A DNA stretch of 64,000 bases from an uncultured virus (IMG/VR IMGVR_UViG_3300006417_000331) (Duplodnaviria > Heunggongvirae > Uroviricota > Caudoviricetes). The position numbers and the translations under genes were made by a program. Each line of letters begins with the position of its first letter. The first letter of the stretch is position 1. The DNA is taken from the IMG/VR virus record IMGVR_UViG_3300006417_000331; one strand, 5' to 3'. Below, one piece after another: positions 47,753-56,570 of this stretch. A model generated the notes under the pieces. The model saw only the letters and a list, made by a program, of their open reading frames with translations. It did not search any database and was not told the DNA's origin.

Positions 47753-48034
47753 ATGAGCGAACCCATTGATTTCCCTGGCCCAGCGTATCGTAATGAATGC
47801 CATGATCCTGTTGTGCAACGGGTGATGGATAAGTTCATCCAGCGTTCAAACGCAGGGTTATTAAAGTACGGTACTGGATTGTATCGTGACGATCTTGCTA
47901 ATAAACAATGGTTGATTCACCTACAGGAAGAATTAATGGATGCAATCAATTATCTGCAAAAAATGATTGATTGTGAAGATGGGTCTAAATTAACCGATCC
48001 TATTAACACTGATAAACTGACTAAACTACAATGA
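47753..48034 (+). CDS. Small helical protein, possible MazG-like NTP pyrophosphatase fold
   Basis: RS..G..KYGT.L.R.DL....W..HLQEELMDA.NY. Confidence 0.5.
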   Translation: MSEPIDFPGPAYRNECHDPVVQRVMDKFIQRSNAGLLKYGTGLYRDDLANKQWLIHLQEELMDAINYLQKMIDCEDGSKLTDPINTDKLTKLQ

Positions 48035-49251
48035 ATCCACTGAAGCTCGAATACTGGCAGATTGATCAACTGATTGATTACAGCCGTAATCCACGCAAGA
48101 ATGATGTGGTGCTTCAGAAGATGGTGGCGTCGGTACAGGAATTCGGGATGACCATTCCCATCCTGTGCCAGTCGAACGGACTGATTATTGATGGACACCT
48201 TCGCATGAAGGTGGCGCGTCACCTAAAAATGGAAACAGTTCCAGTCGTTATCGCCGACCATCTCTCAGAAGTTCAAGTCAAAGCGTTTCGGTTGCTCGCC
48301 AATCGTTCTGCGAATTGGGCGGAGTGGGATGAAGATTTATTGAGTTTGGAACTGTCTGAATTGCAATCCATGGATTTCAATTTGAATCTTACCGGGTTTG
48401 ATTCAAAAGAACTGGAACTATATTTAGACTCATCAGAACCCGTCAATGATGATAAAGTGGCGGAAGAACAAATCAACAAGATGGATGAATTGCAACAAAA
48501 GTGGCAAGTGCAATTAGGCGATTTATGGCTGTTAGGGCCTCATCGCGTGGTCTGCGGTGATTCAACAGATGTGTTGATTGTTGCAGCAGCAATGAACGAT
48601 GTTATTCCAAATGTAATGGTTACAGATCCTCCGTATGGCGTTGAATATGACGCCTCTTGGCGTGATGAAGCGGCAAAGACGTGCAAATCCATGGGTAATG
48701 GGAAAGATACCGCTAAAGGAAAGGTGAATAATGATTCTACCGTGAATTGGGCAGAAGCGTGGACGTTGTTTCAAGGGGATGTGGCGTATGTGTATCATGC
48801 GCCTACATTTTTTCCAGAAACCTCCGCCAGCTTAATACACTGTGGGTTTGATATTCGCTCACAGATTGTTTGGAATAAATCACATCTGGTTCTAAGTCGT
48901 GGAGATTATCATTGGAAACATGAGTTGTGTGTGTATGCAGTACGCAAAGGCAAGAAATCCAGTTACATTGGAGACCGTAAGCAAACTACCGTGTGGGATA
49001 TAGATAAGCCACAAAAGAATGATACGGGGCACAGTACGCAGAAGCCGTTAGAATGTATGTTGCGTCCGATTCGCAATCATGAAAGCGACTATATTTACGA
49101 TCCATTTCTTGGAAGTGGAACAACACTGATTGCATGTGAAGAACTTAATAGAAAGTGTATTGGAATCGAACTAAATCCATATTATGTTAGCGTTATCTTG
49201 GAGCGCTATTTATTAGCAACTGGTAATACTCCTGTCAGACAGAGTGTTTAA
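48031..49251 (+). CDS. ParB-N domain fused to an N4/N6 DNA methyltransferase
   Basis: Y.RNPR, IIDGHLR, TDPPYG, HSTQKP, DPFLGSGTT. Confidence 0.9.
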   Translation: MNPLKLEYWQIDQLIDYSRNPRKNDVVLQKMVASVQEFGMTIPILCQSNGLIIDGHLRMKVARHLKMETVPVVIADHLSEVQVKAFRLLANRSANWAEWDEDLLSLELSELQSMDFNLNLTGFDSKELELYLDSSEPVNDDKVAEEQINKMDELQQKWQVQLGDLWLLGPHRVVCGDSTDVLIVAAAMNDVIPNVMVTDPPYGVEYDASWRDEAAKTCKSMGNGKDTAKGKVNNDSTVNWAEAWTLFQGDVAYVYHAPTFFPETSASLIHCGFDIRSQIVWNKSHLVLSRGDYHWKHELCVYAVRKGKKSSYIGDRKQTTVWDIDKPQKNDTGHSTQKPLECMLRPIRNHESDYIYDPFLGSGTTLIACEELNRKCIGIELNPYYVSVILERYLLATGNTPVRQSV

Positions 49252-49253
49252 TT

Positions 49254-49730
49254 ATGCATCTGAATCCAATGAATAAACTTGAGAAGTCTAATAAAGGAAA
49301 AAAAGTTAAGCCAAAAAAGAGGCAGAATGTTTCCGTTGAAGTCTGGACTGACACACAGAAAACGAACCATTATAGTCCGCGTACTGATAAAGGCCGAGTG
49401 GTAAAGATTGATCCTGAAACTGTCTTTCAACTGGCTGGACTCGGTATGGATCAGGCGCAAATAGCGGCATATTATGGGCTAAATGAAGCGATCTTCAAAG
49501 AAACCTGTTCTAAATATTCTGATTTAGAAGATGCCTTATTGATGGGTAAGGGCAGACTGGCGGCTCGTGCATCAATGGCGCTTGCAAAGAAGGTTGATGA
49601 TGGAGATATTATTGCGACGATTTTTACACTTAAATCGGCTTGCGGCTGGATTGAAGCAGATAAGCGGCAGAATGTCAAAGTGAATGATTCTGTTAATGTT
49701 CAGGTTTATTTACCGGATAATAAACGATGA
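49254..49730 (+). CDS. terS: Terminase small subunit
   Basis: HTH (LAGLGM..AQIA.Y.G), A.IF.LK...GW, VYLPDN.R tail; upstream of TerL. Confidence 0.7.
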   Translation: MHLNPMNKLEKSNKGKKVKPKKRQNVSVEVWTDTQKTNHYSPRTDKGRVVKIDPETVFQLAGLGMDQAQIAAYYGLNEAIFKETCSKYSDLEDALLMGKGRLAARASMALAKKVDDGDIIATIFTLKSACGWIEADKRQNVKVNDSVNVQVYLPDNKR

Positions 49731-49894
49731 AAAATAATTATACCATTTTATACTGGAATGGAGTTAATTGGATAGATGTTGATAACATCAAGTACAGCAA
49801 AATTTATCACTATATTCCTTATTTCAAGGAAGTAGAGAATGGGGATACTATTGCGGTTATTTTTAGGTTAAAAACTGCAAGTTCCTTGTTTTAA
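49727..49894 (+). CDS. Small AT-rich ORF (55 aa) between terS and terL
   Basis: ATGA overlap; MKNNYTILYWNGVNW...; below the ORF-track size cutoff. Confidence 0.35.
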   Translation: MKNNYTILYWNGVNWIDVDNIKYSKIYHYIPYFKEVENGDTIAVIFRLKTASSLF

Positions 49895-49923
49895 TATATC
49901 ATTAAAGATAAAGGTTTGCTATT

Positions 49924-52900
49924 TTGGATAATTCGTTAATACTCCGTCCTCAACCTGGAGCGCAAGAGCGGTTTCTGAGTACGCCTGCGGACATTGCCAT
50001 ATATGGAGGTTCCGCAGGAAGCGGAAAACTTCTGAACGTCAATACGCAAATTCCAACACCTTTTGGATTTAGGCGATTAGGCGATCTAGTGGCTGGAGAT
50101 TTGGTATTCGATGAAAACGGAATACCATGTACGATCACTATTGCACATCCAGTAGTGATTCCTGATGTTGCCTATCGTTTAACATTCGATGACGGAAGTG
50201 AAATTGATGCGTGTTCTGAACATGAATGGTTGACATTGACAATAAATGATTTAATAGGATTGCGTTCTAAATCTGAAGAATGGAAAGAAAAGCGCAGATT
50301 AAATAGAGCTTCACGCGCAACTGGAACGCGATCTAAAGCATTTAATGAAATGATTTCTGCAAGAAATAAGAAGAGAGCTATTGACTTAGCAAATACCAAT
50401 TTACCTATTCCAAAAGGAAGTATAAAAACAACACAAGAGATAGTTGAAACTCTTGAGATTAGAGGTCGCGCCAATCATGCAATTCCAGTTTGCAAGCCTT
50501 TTGTTTTTGATGAAATTGAATTACCAATTCCACCTTATACACTAGGAGCTTGGCTTGGAGACGGTACATCTTCAAATAGTCAGATTACTTCTGCTGATAT
50601 TGAGGTTATTGATAGAATAAGAAAAGATGGATTTGAAGTTACAAAACAAAAAAGCAATAAATATGGATGGAATATAGCTTTATTCTGTCAAAAAACAAAA
50701 AGAAATAACATTGCTAAAAACAAACATATACCTGATATTTACTTCAGATCATCTGTTTTGCAAAGGCTTGAATTGTTGAAAGGTTTAATGGATACAGATG
50801 GTTATTCAAGACCTGATTGTTCAACCTGCGAGTTTACTTCAACTTCTATAATTCTTGCTGAACAAGTTTTTGATTTGGTTATATCATTGGGCTGCAAGGC
50901 AACAATGCGAAGTAAGCCAGCCAAATTATATGAAAAGGTTTGTGGAACTTCTTATACTATTGCGTTTTCAACTGATTTGCCTGTGTTTAATTTAAGTAGA
51001 AAGTTATTAAATCAACAGGAATCAAAAGCACGGAAAACTGTTCAATATCGTTATATTAAGAAGTGCGAAAGAATAGAATCAGTCCCAATGCGTTGTTTGA
51101 CTGTAGATAGTCCATCACATTTATTCTTGTGTGGAAAAACAGCAATACCAACGCATAACAGCTTCGCCCTATTACTAGAGCCGATTCGGCATATTCATAA
51201 TCCTTACTTTGGTGGAGTCATCTTTCGCAGGGAAAGTAAAGAATTAACTATGGAAGGCGGTTTAGTTTCAAAGGCATTGAATATGTATCCCTATTTAGGA
51301 GGGGTGTATCGTTCGCAGCCCACGCCGTCATTTACCTTTCCTAGTGGGGCAAGAATATCTTTTGGACATCTCAATCAGGAACATGAAGTTTTGGCATGGA
51401 TGGGTAGCGAAATTTGTTATGAAGGATTTGACGAAGGGAACCATTTTACAGATTATCAAATTACTTACATGTTAAGTCGCAATAGAAGCACTTGTGGAGT
51501 TAAACCTTATGTAAGAATTACATGTAATCCTGATGCAGACTCATGGATGGCTGAATTTCTGAAGTGGTGGATTGATCAGAGTACCGGGTATCCAATTAAA
51601 GAACGAGGTGGAGTTATTCGGTATCTGATTCGTGTTGAGGGTCAACGGGTGTGGGGAGATTCGGTCGAGGAATTGGTAGAACAGTACCATTGTGATCCTC
51701 TGGATGCTAAATCAGTCACTTTTATCCCGGCAACGATTACCGATAATCCTATCCTGCTCTTGAAAGACCCCGGTTATCTGGCGAATCTGAAGGGATTGAG
51801 CTTCGTTGAACGCAGTCGGTTACTGGATGGGAACTGGAAAATTCGCCCTGCGGCTGGAATGTATTTTCCAAGGCACGATGTCACGATTATTGATTGGGTT
51901 CCTACCGATGTGACCAAATGGGTACGGTCATGGGATTTGGCGGCCAGTGAGGAGCGTGAAGGGAAGCATGTGGACTGGACGGTAGGGATGCTGATGGGCC
52001 GCAGGAGCAACGGGAAGATTGTGATTGCTGATATTGTCAGGGTGAGAAGAAAAGCGGCTGAGGTGCGGGCGTTAGTGCGTCGTCTCGCGGAGAACGATGG
52101 GAAAGACACCTGGATTATCCTGCCGCAAGACCCTGGGCAAAGTGGAAAGCCGATTTACGAAGAAGAATTGATTTTAATGGCCGATGGTTCATTGAAAAAA
52201 CTCAAGGATGTTGTTGAAGGTGATTTTGTTATTGGTAAAGATGCATTTCCACATATGGTTACTGATATTCATATTCATGGATTATTACAAACATTAAAAA
52301 TAACTACTGAATGCGGTAGAGTGATTCGTGCTGCATACGATCACCCATTTTTGACCACTGAAGGATGGATAGAAGCGGGCGATTTAACAACAAACGATTC
52401 TTTAGGTTTGTTAGCGGGGATGAAAATAAATTTATCAACAACAAGAACAGCCGAAGAATTTAGGTTGGCTGGTTATTTTGTTGGAGATGGTTCTGTTGGT
52501 ATAAAAAAAGGATCAATTTCTTCAGATGCTGGATTTTGTTGTAATGATCCAATTCAAATAGAAGATTTTAAGCATTGCGTTAAATCAATAGGTGGAGAAG
52601 TTGTTATTCGCGGTCATCGAGGTGTTAATTATGGAACTACTGGACTGCAACAATGGTTGAGAGACACTACACTCGCAGGAAAAACAGCTTACAACAAAAG
52701 AGTCCCTTCCTGGGTATTTTCATCTCCGAATCATTTAATTGCTGAATTTATTGGAGCCTACTTCGCTTGCGATGGAACTATCTCTAAAAAAGGAGACAGT
52801 GTTATCTTTTATAGCGTATCAAAGGAGTTACTAACTGATATTCAGCATCTTTTGTTGAGACTTGGTATTTCTTCACGATTAAAACAGAAGAATGGTCAGT

Positions 52901-53481
52901 ATCTTAAAACTCGCCATGTTTCATTTCTTTTAGTGATGAGCCAGCAAGATGATGGGTATCGTCGTTTTGCAAACAGAATACCGATTCATCATACGATGAA
53001 AAAACAACGATTGACTGAATTATCTGCAAAAAGCAGGTTTAGGCGTTTCGATGAAAAATATATTCCAGATAAGATAAAGTCTATTGCCAAAGATGAGTTG
53101 TTGCCTTGTCGTTGTTTAAGTGTTGAGAGTGATAAATCATTTATTGTTAATGATGTTGTTGTTCATAATTGCCAAATAGATTCTTACAGGGAAATACTGT
53201 CAGAGTTTACGGTACTCAGCCGCACGATCACCAAGAATAAGGTGGTGATGGCTGAACCTGCTGCTGCGCTCTGGCAGCAAGGGAATATTGAAATCGTGCG
53301 TGGCAAATGGAATGAAGATTTTTTAAGCGAGGGCGAAGGATTCCCTGAAGGACGCCATGACGATCAGATTGATAGTTTATCCAGTGGATGTCAACGCTTA
53401 CCCGGTTATTCAATCCCAGATTATAGTCAATCAGGATTAAGCTCAAAATTCAAAGAGTTCAGAAGGCGTCATAAGGAATAA
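49924..53481 (+). CDS. terL: Terminase large subunit with two inteins (about 468 aa after splicing)
   Basis: YGGSAGSGK|S, FDE, RNRSTCG, TCNP, DNP.L, WDLAA, QDPGQSGK|C, FP.G.HDDQID. Confidence 0.93.
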   Translation: MDNSLILRPQPGAQERFLSTPADIAIYGGSAGSGKLLNVNTQIPTPFGFRRLGDLVAGDLVFDENGIPCTITIAHPVVIPDVAYRLTFDDGSEIDACSEHEWLTLTINDLIGLRSKSEEWKEKRRLNRASRATGTRSKAFNEMISARNKKRAIDLANTNLPIPKGSIKTTQEIVETLEIRGRANHAIPVCKPFVFDEIELPIPPYTLGAWLGDGTSSNSQITSADIEVIDRIRKDGFEVTKQKSNKYGWNIALFCQKTKRNNIAKNKHIPDIYFRSSVLQRLELLKGLMDTDGYSRPDCSTCEFTSTSIILAEQVFDLVISLGCKATMRSKPAKLYEKVCGTSYTIAFSTDLPVFNLSRKLLNQQESKARKTVQYRYIKKCERIESVPMRCLTVDSPSHLFLCGKTAIPTHNSFALLLEPIRHIHNPYFGGVIFRRESKELTMEGGLVSKALNMYPYLGGVYRSQPTPSFTFPSGARISFGHLNQEHEVLAWMGSEICYEGFDEGNHFTDYQITYMLSRNRSTCGVKPYVRITCNPDADSWMAEFLKWWIDQSTGYPIKERGGVIRYLIRVEGQRVWGDSVEELVEQYHCDPLDAKSVTFIPATITDNPILLLKDPGYLANLKGLSFVERSRLLDGNWKIRPAAGMYFPRHDVTIIDWVPTDVTKWVRSWDLAASEEREGKHVDWTVGMLMGRRSNGKIVIADIVRVRRKAAEVRALVRRLAENDGKDTWIILPQDPGQSGKPIYEEELILMADGSLKKLKDVVEGDFVIGKDAFPHMVTDIHIHGLLQTLKITTECGRVIRAAYDHPFLTTEGWIEAGDLTTNDSLGLLAGMKINLSTTRTAEEFRLAGYFVGDGSVGIKKGSISSDAGFCCNDPIQIEDFKHCVKSIGGEVVIRGHRGVNYGTTGLQQWLRDTTLAGKTAYNKRVPSWVFSSPNHLIAEFIGAYFACDGTISKKGDSVIFYSVSKELLTDIQHLLLRLGISSRLKQKNGQYLKTRHVSFLLVMSQQDDGYRRFANRIPIHHTMKKQRLTELSAKSRFRRFDEKYIPDKIKSIAKDELLPCRCLSVESDKSFIVNDVVVHNCQIDSYREILSEFTVLSRTITKNKVVMAEPAAALWQQGNIEIVRGKWNEDFLSEGEGFPEGRHDDQIDSLSSGCQRLPGYSIPDYSQSGLSSKFKEFRRRHKE
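50029..51159 (+). mobile_element. LAGLIDADG intein 1 of TerL (377 aa), class 3-like, starts with Leu
   Basis: GK|LLNVNTQIPTPFG...EHEW...LGAWLGDG...LKGLMDTDG...MRCLTV...PTHN|S. Confidence 0.85.
52150..53169 (+). mobile_element. LAGLIDADG intein 2 of TerL (340 aa), starts with Pro
   Basis: GK|PIYEEELILMADG...DHPF...AGYFVGDG...IGAYFACDG...CRCLSV...VVHN|C. Confidence 0.85.
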
Positions 53482-53574
53482 CATTTAATTTGCTAACTTA
53501 TCTTTTTCTGCGTTATACTATTCAAAATGATGCGCCAACACTTATTTTGAACGTGTAAAGCAGGAGTTTATGTT

Positions 53575-54408
53575 TTGATGAATACGGATACTCTATATCA
53601 GAAGATTATTAGAAATATTCTTTATTTAGGCGATCTGGTTCGTACAAGAAATGAATTCGCTATTTCAAAGATTGATCTTGATCCGGTTACTTTTACCACA
53701 ACGCCATTAGTTACGATCAGACATACGGCATGGAAAACTGCTATTCGTGAAATGGAATGGTTTATGAGTGGAAAAGAGAAATGCCCTGATGAACTGTTGC
53801 CATGGTGGAGCAATCAATTAAATAAAGAAGGTTTTTATTTATCTGGATACAGCAAACAGTTTCGACATGCAGCAGCGGATCATATCAATGGATTTGATCA
53901 GGTGCATTTCATCCTTGAAGGATTACGCCATCATTCAGAGTCACGACGACTGGTAATGACGGCCTGGAATCCGTTTGAAATGGCATTTATTACCCAACAG
54001 AATAACAACCTAAAGACTCCAAGCACCTGTCACTCGACAGTGATCCAATTTTTTGTGCGTGGGGAAACCCTGTATATGACCTCCTATCAGCGCAGTGCAG
54101 ATATGTTATTAGGGGTTCAGCATAATTGGATTCAATCATGGGCGTTGCTGTTATGGTTTGCTTATCACTCTAAGTTGAAGGTAGGGCATCTGCGCTGGGT
54201 ATTCGGTGATGCTCATATTTATGCTCATGATACTCATATAAAGGCCGCAACTGAAATTATCGCTTGCGATTCCAGTCCAGTTGAGACGAATTCATTTAAC
54301 TTGATTTACCAGCCACAAAATGACAGTGAAGTATTTAGAGCCGACGATTTTTTAATGGAAGGGATCATCCCTGAGCCAAAGGTATTCACTAGGCCGGTGT
54401 TGCTATAA
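53575..54408 (+). CDS. thyA: Thymidylate synthase (divergent)
   Basis: PLVT.R, EMEWFMSG, DQ, SRRLV..AWNP, CH...QF, YQRSAD..LG..HN, GDAHIY. Confidence 0.85.
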   Translation: MMNTDTLYQKIIRNILYLGDLVRTRNEFAISKIDLDPVTFTTTPLVTIRHTAWKTAIREMEWFMSGKEKCPDELLPWWSNQLNKEGFYLSGYSKQFRHAAADHINGFDQVHFILEGLRHHSESRRLVMTAWNPFEMAFITQQNNNLKTPSTCHSTVIQFFVRGETLYMTSYQRSADMLLGVQHNWIQSWALLLWFAYHSKLKVGHLRWVFGDAHIYAHDTHIKAATEIIACDSSPVETNSFNLIYQPQNDSEVFRADDFLMEGIIPEPKVFTRPVLL

Positions 54409-54432
54409 CTACAATTAATTAGAGGATGAGTT

Positions 54433-54627
54433 ATGACTGCCTTTATCAAGATGTCAATTCCTGTCTTAGACCCATTACCCAATTGGGTTGTTTGTCCTTA
54501 TTGTAAGCGTAAAGTCACTTCTTATTTATTCAAGACTGAAGAATTTGTCAACTCAACTTACGTCTGTATTGAACATGGTGACATTCCTGTCCCTATGAGA
54601 AGCGCAGTAGTGAATCGGTATAAATAA
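54433..54627 (+). CDS. Small Zn-finger protein
   Basis: CPYC...C.EH. Confidence 0.5.
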   Translation: MTAFIKMSIPVLDPLPNWVVCPYCKRKVTSYLFKTEEFVNSTYVCIEHGDIPVPMRSAVVNRYK

Positions 54628-54636
54628 GGAATAACA

Positions 54637-55905
54637 ATGTATTCAAATGCTCGTAAGTTATTAACTTCTGAAATTGCGATTACAAAAATCCTCAGCTTTT
54701 TAGCTATTGTCAATGACCCTGACGAAATTCTATCTCAGGCCGGGATTCGTCGTCATCAACTGCGTAAACTGGAATTGGATGATGAGGTGGCGCAGTGTAA
54801 GGATACTCGCGTTGAGGCCGTGGTAGCGACGCCATGGCGGATAGAGCCTAATCAAACCCGCGTAGGTAAATGGATCACTAATGTTATTGAAGACCATATT
54901 GAAGACATGAAACGTGGCGTCATGGACGCTCGCTTCTATGGTTACAGTGTTCAGGAAATTATTTGCAAGGAAGTGCCAAAAGGAATAGGTATTGAACGGT
55001 TAGCATTGAAACCTATGGAATGGTTTGCGCCACAACGCGATGGGTCACTGCGGTTTTTCCCGGATGATGGTTCTGGAGGAATAGAAGGAATTGCGGTTGA
55101 TTCTGTAAAATTTCTGGTCTCCCGGTGTAATCCTTCCTATCGCAATCCCTATGGCGAAGCGCTTTTGTCAAAGCTGTGGTTTCCTGTCACTTGGAGAATG
55201 GAAGGGTGGGGAATGTGGTTGCAATTTTTGGAAACCTTTGGTGAACCGATTGTCTTGGGGCAGATGACGGATTATGAAGCGTTTGTCACCGCAATGAAGG
55301 CGCAGGGAATCAGGTCTACGATTGCCTGGAAAAGCGTTTCAGAAACAGACAAGGTTACTACCATCAATGCAAGCACTCCTGGAGAGTTTGACCGTCTTGA
55401 ACAAGCGATTTTACGCCGAATCCAGAAGCTCATTCTTGGACAAACGCTGACTTCTGATATTGGCTCCAGCGGCAGCTATGCCGCAGCCGCAATTCATAAT
55501 GAAGTTAGGAATGATAAGCGCCGTGCGGATATACGGATGGTGCAGCAGATAGGGCAACAGTTAGTCAATACGCTCTGTATGATCAATGGTATTTCAGATC
55601 AACTTAAATTTATAATGGCTGATGACTCAGGACTTGAGTTAGGGAGGGCGCAACGAGACGCCGTGCTTTCTCCAGTATTGGCCGCCAGTGGATTCAAGTT
55701 GAGCAAAGAATACTATCTGAGAAACTACGACTACAAGGATGAAGATATTGATGAAACAGATAATGAGGTCAGCGATCCACCATTACCGAATCCGGTAGGC
55801 GATGTCTCCAACCAGAAGAAAGGGGGAGTTGTTGACAAGGATAGGGATATTGGAGTTTCACCAGCAATGAAAGATCGTTCAGTAACAAATCAAAATGAGA
55901 AATAG
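54637..55905 (+). CDS. Portal protein (Mu gp29/DUF935-like)
   Basis: A.FYGYSV.EI, NPYG.ALL, W..FLE.FG.P, I.K.ILGQTLT, GSYA...HNEVR.D. Confidence 0.9.
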   Translation: MYSNARKLLTSEIAITKILSFLAIVNDPDEILSQAGIRRHQLRKLELDDEVAQCKDTRVEAVVATPWRIEPNQTRVGKWITNVIEDHIEDMKRGVMDARFYGYSVQEIICKEVPKGIGIERLALKPMEWFAPQRDGSLRFFPDDGSGGIEGIAVDSVKFLVSRCNPSYRNPYGEALLSKLWFPVTWRMEGWGMWLQFLETFGEPIVLGQMTDYEAFVTAMKAQGIRSTIAWKSVSETDKVTTINASTPGEFDRLEQAILRRIQKLILGQTLTSDIGSSGSYAAAAIHNEVRNDKRRADIRMVQQIGQQLVNTLCMINGISDQLKFIMADDSGLELGRAQRDAVLSPVLAASGFKLSKEYYLRNYDYKDEDIDETDNEVSDPPLPNPVGDVSNQKKGGVVDKDRDIGVSPAMKDRSVTNQNEK

Positions 55906-55916
55906 AGTATTGTATT

Positions 55917-56423
55917 ATGATGCACTTTACGGTGAGTGTCCTTGATGCGGGTGTTGCTAAAGGGCTTCGTAAGATTCGTGAAAAGATGGATTATCCATTC
56001 CCGCTCTATCGTAAGATAGGGCTGTTGTATGTTGATAATGCAAAAATGCGGTTCAAGAGCCATACCGATCCAAAAGGTAGAAATTGGAAACACAATACCA
56101 CGGCTACACGGTTCTTAAAAAAGGTGGGGCTAAAAAAGCGTAAACCTGCGATTCGTGGAGAATATGCTATTGGCACATGGACTGGAAATCTTGCTGAATC
56201 TATCTGGTTTAATATTCGCGGCAATGAGATTAGTGTTGGGGTGATGAGTAATGAACCGTCATCACGATATTCCAGTACCTTTCAATTTGGAGCAAAGAGA
56301 GGTGAATTTAGTGAAACGGCTCCATGGAATACAATCCCACCAAGACAATTTCTAGGGTTTAATAAAGTCACGAATAATAAGGCTATTGACCTAATTAAAA
56401 ATCATTTTACTGAAAACAAATGA
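55917..56423 (+). CDS. Virion morphogenesis protein (Mu gpG-like)
   Basis: RF....DP.G..W, TG.L..SI, Y....QFG, IP.R.FLG. Confidence 0.85.
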   Translation: MMHFTVSVLDAGVAKGLRKIREKMDYPFPLYRKIGLLYVDNAKMRFKSHTDPKGRNWKHNTTATRFLKKVGLKKRKPAIRGEYAIGTWTGNLAESIWFNIRGNEISVGVMSNEPSSRYSSTFQFGAKRGEFSETAPWNTIPPRQFLGFNKVTNNKAIDLIKNHFTENK

Positions 56424-56570
56424 ACATTATTGAAAATATCAGTCAAAATGATTCTTTATCAATTGCAATTGATTATGGTAGAATCAGCATCCGTAATCTG
56501 TGGTATCGCTATGATAAAGACACAGACTGTCTAATTCTTATGTCAGAAACACCAACTCCTTCACTCTTTA

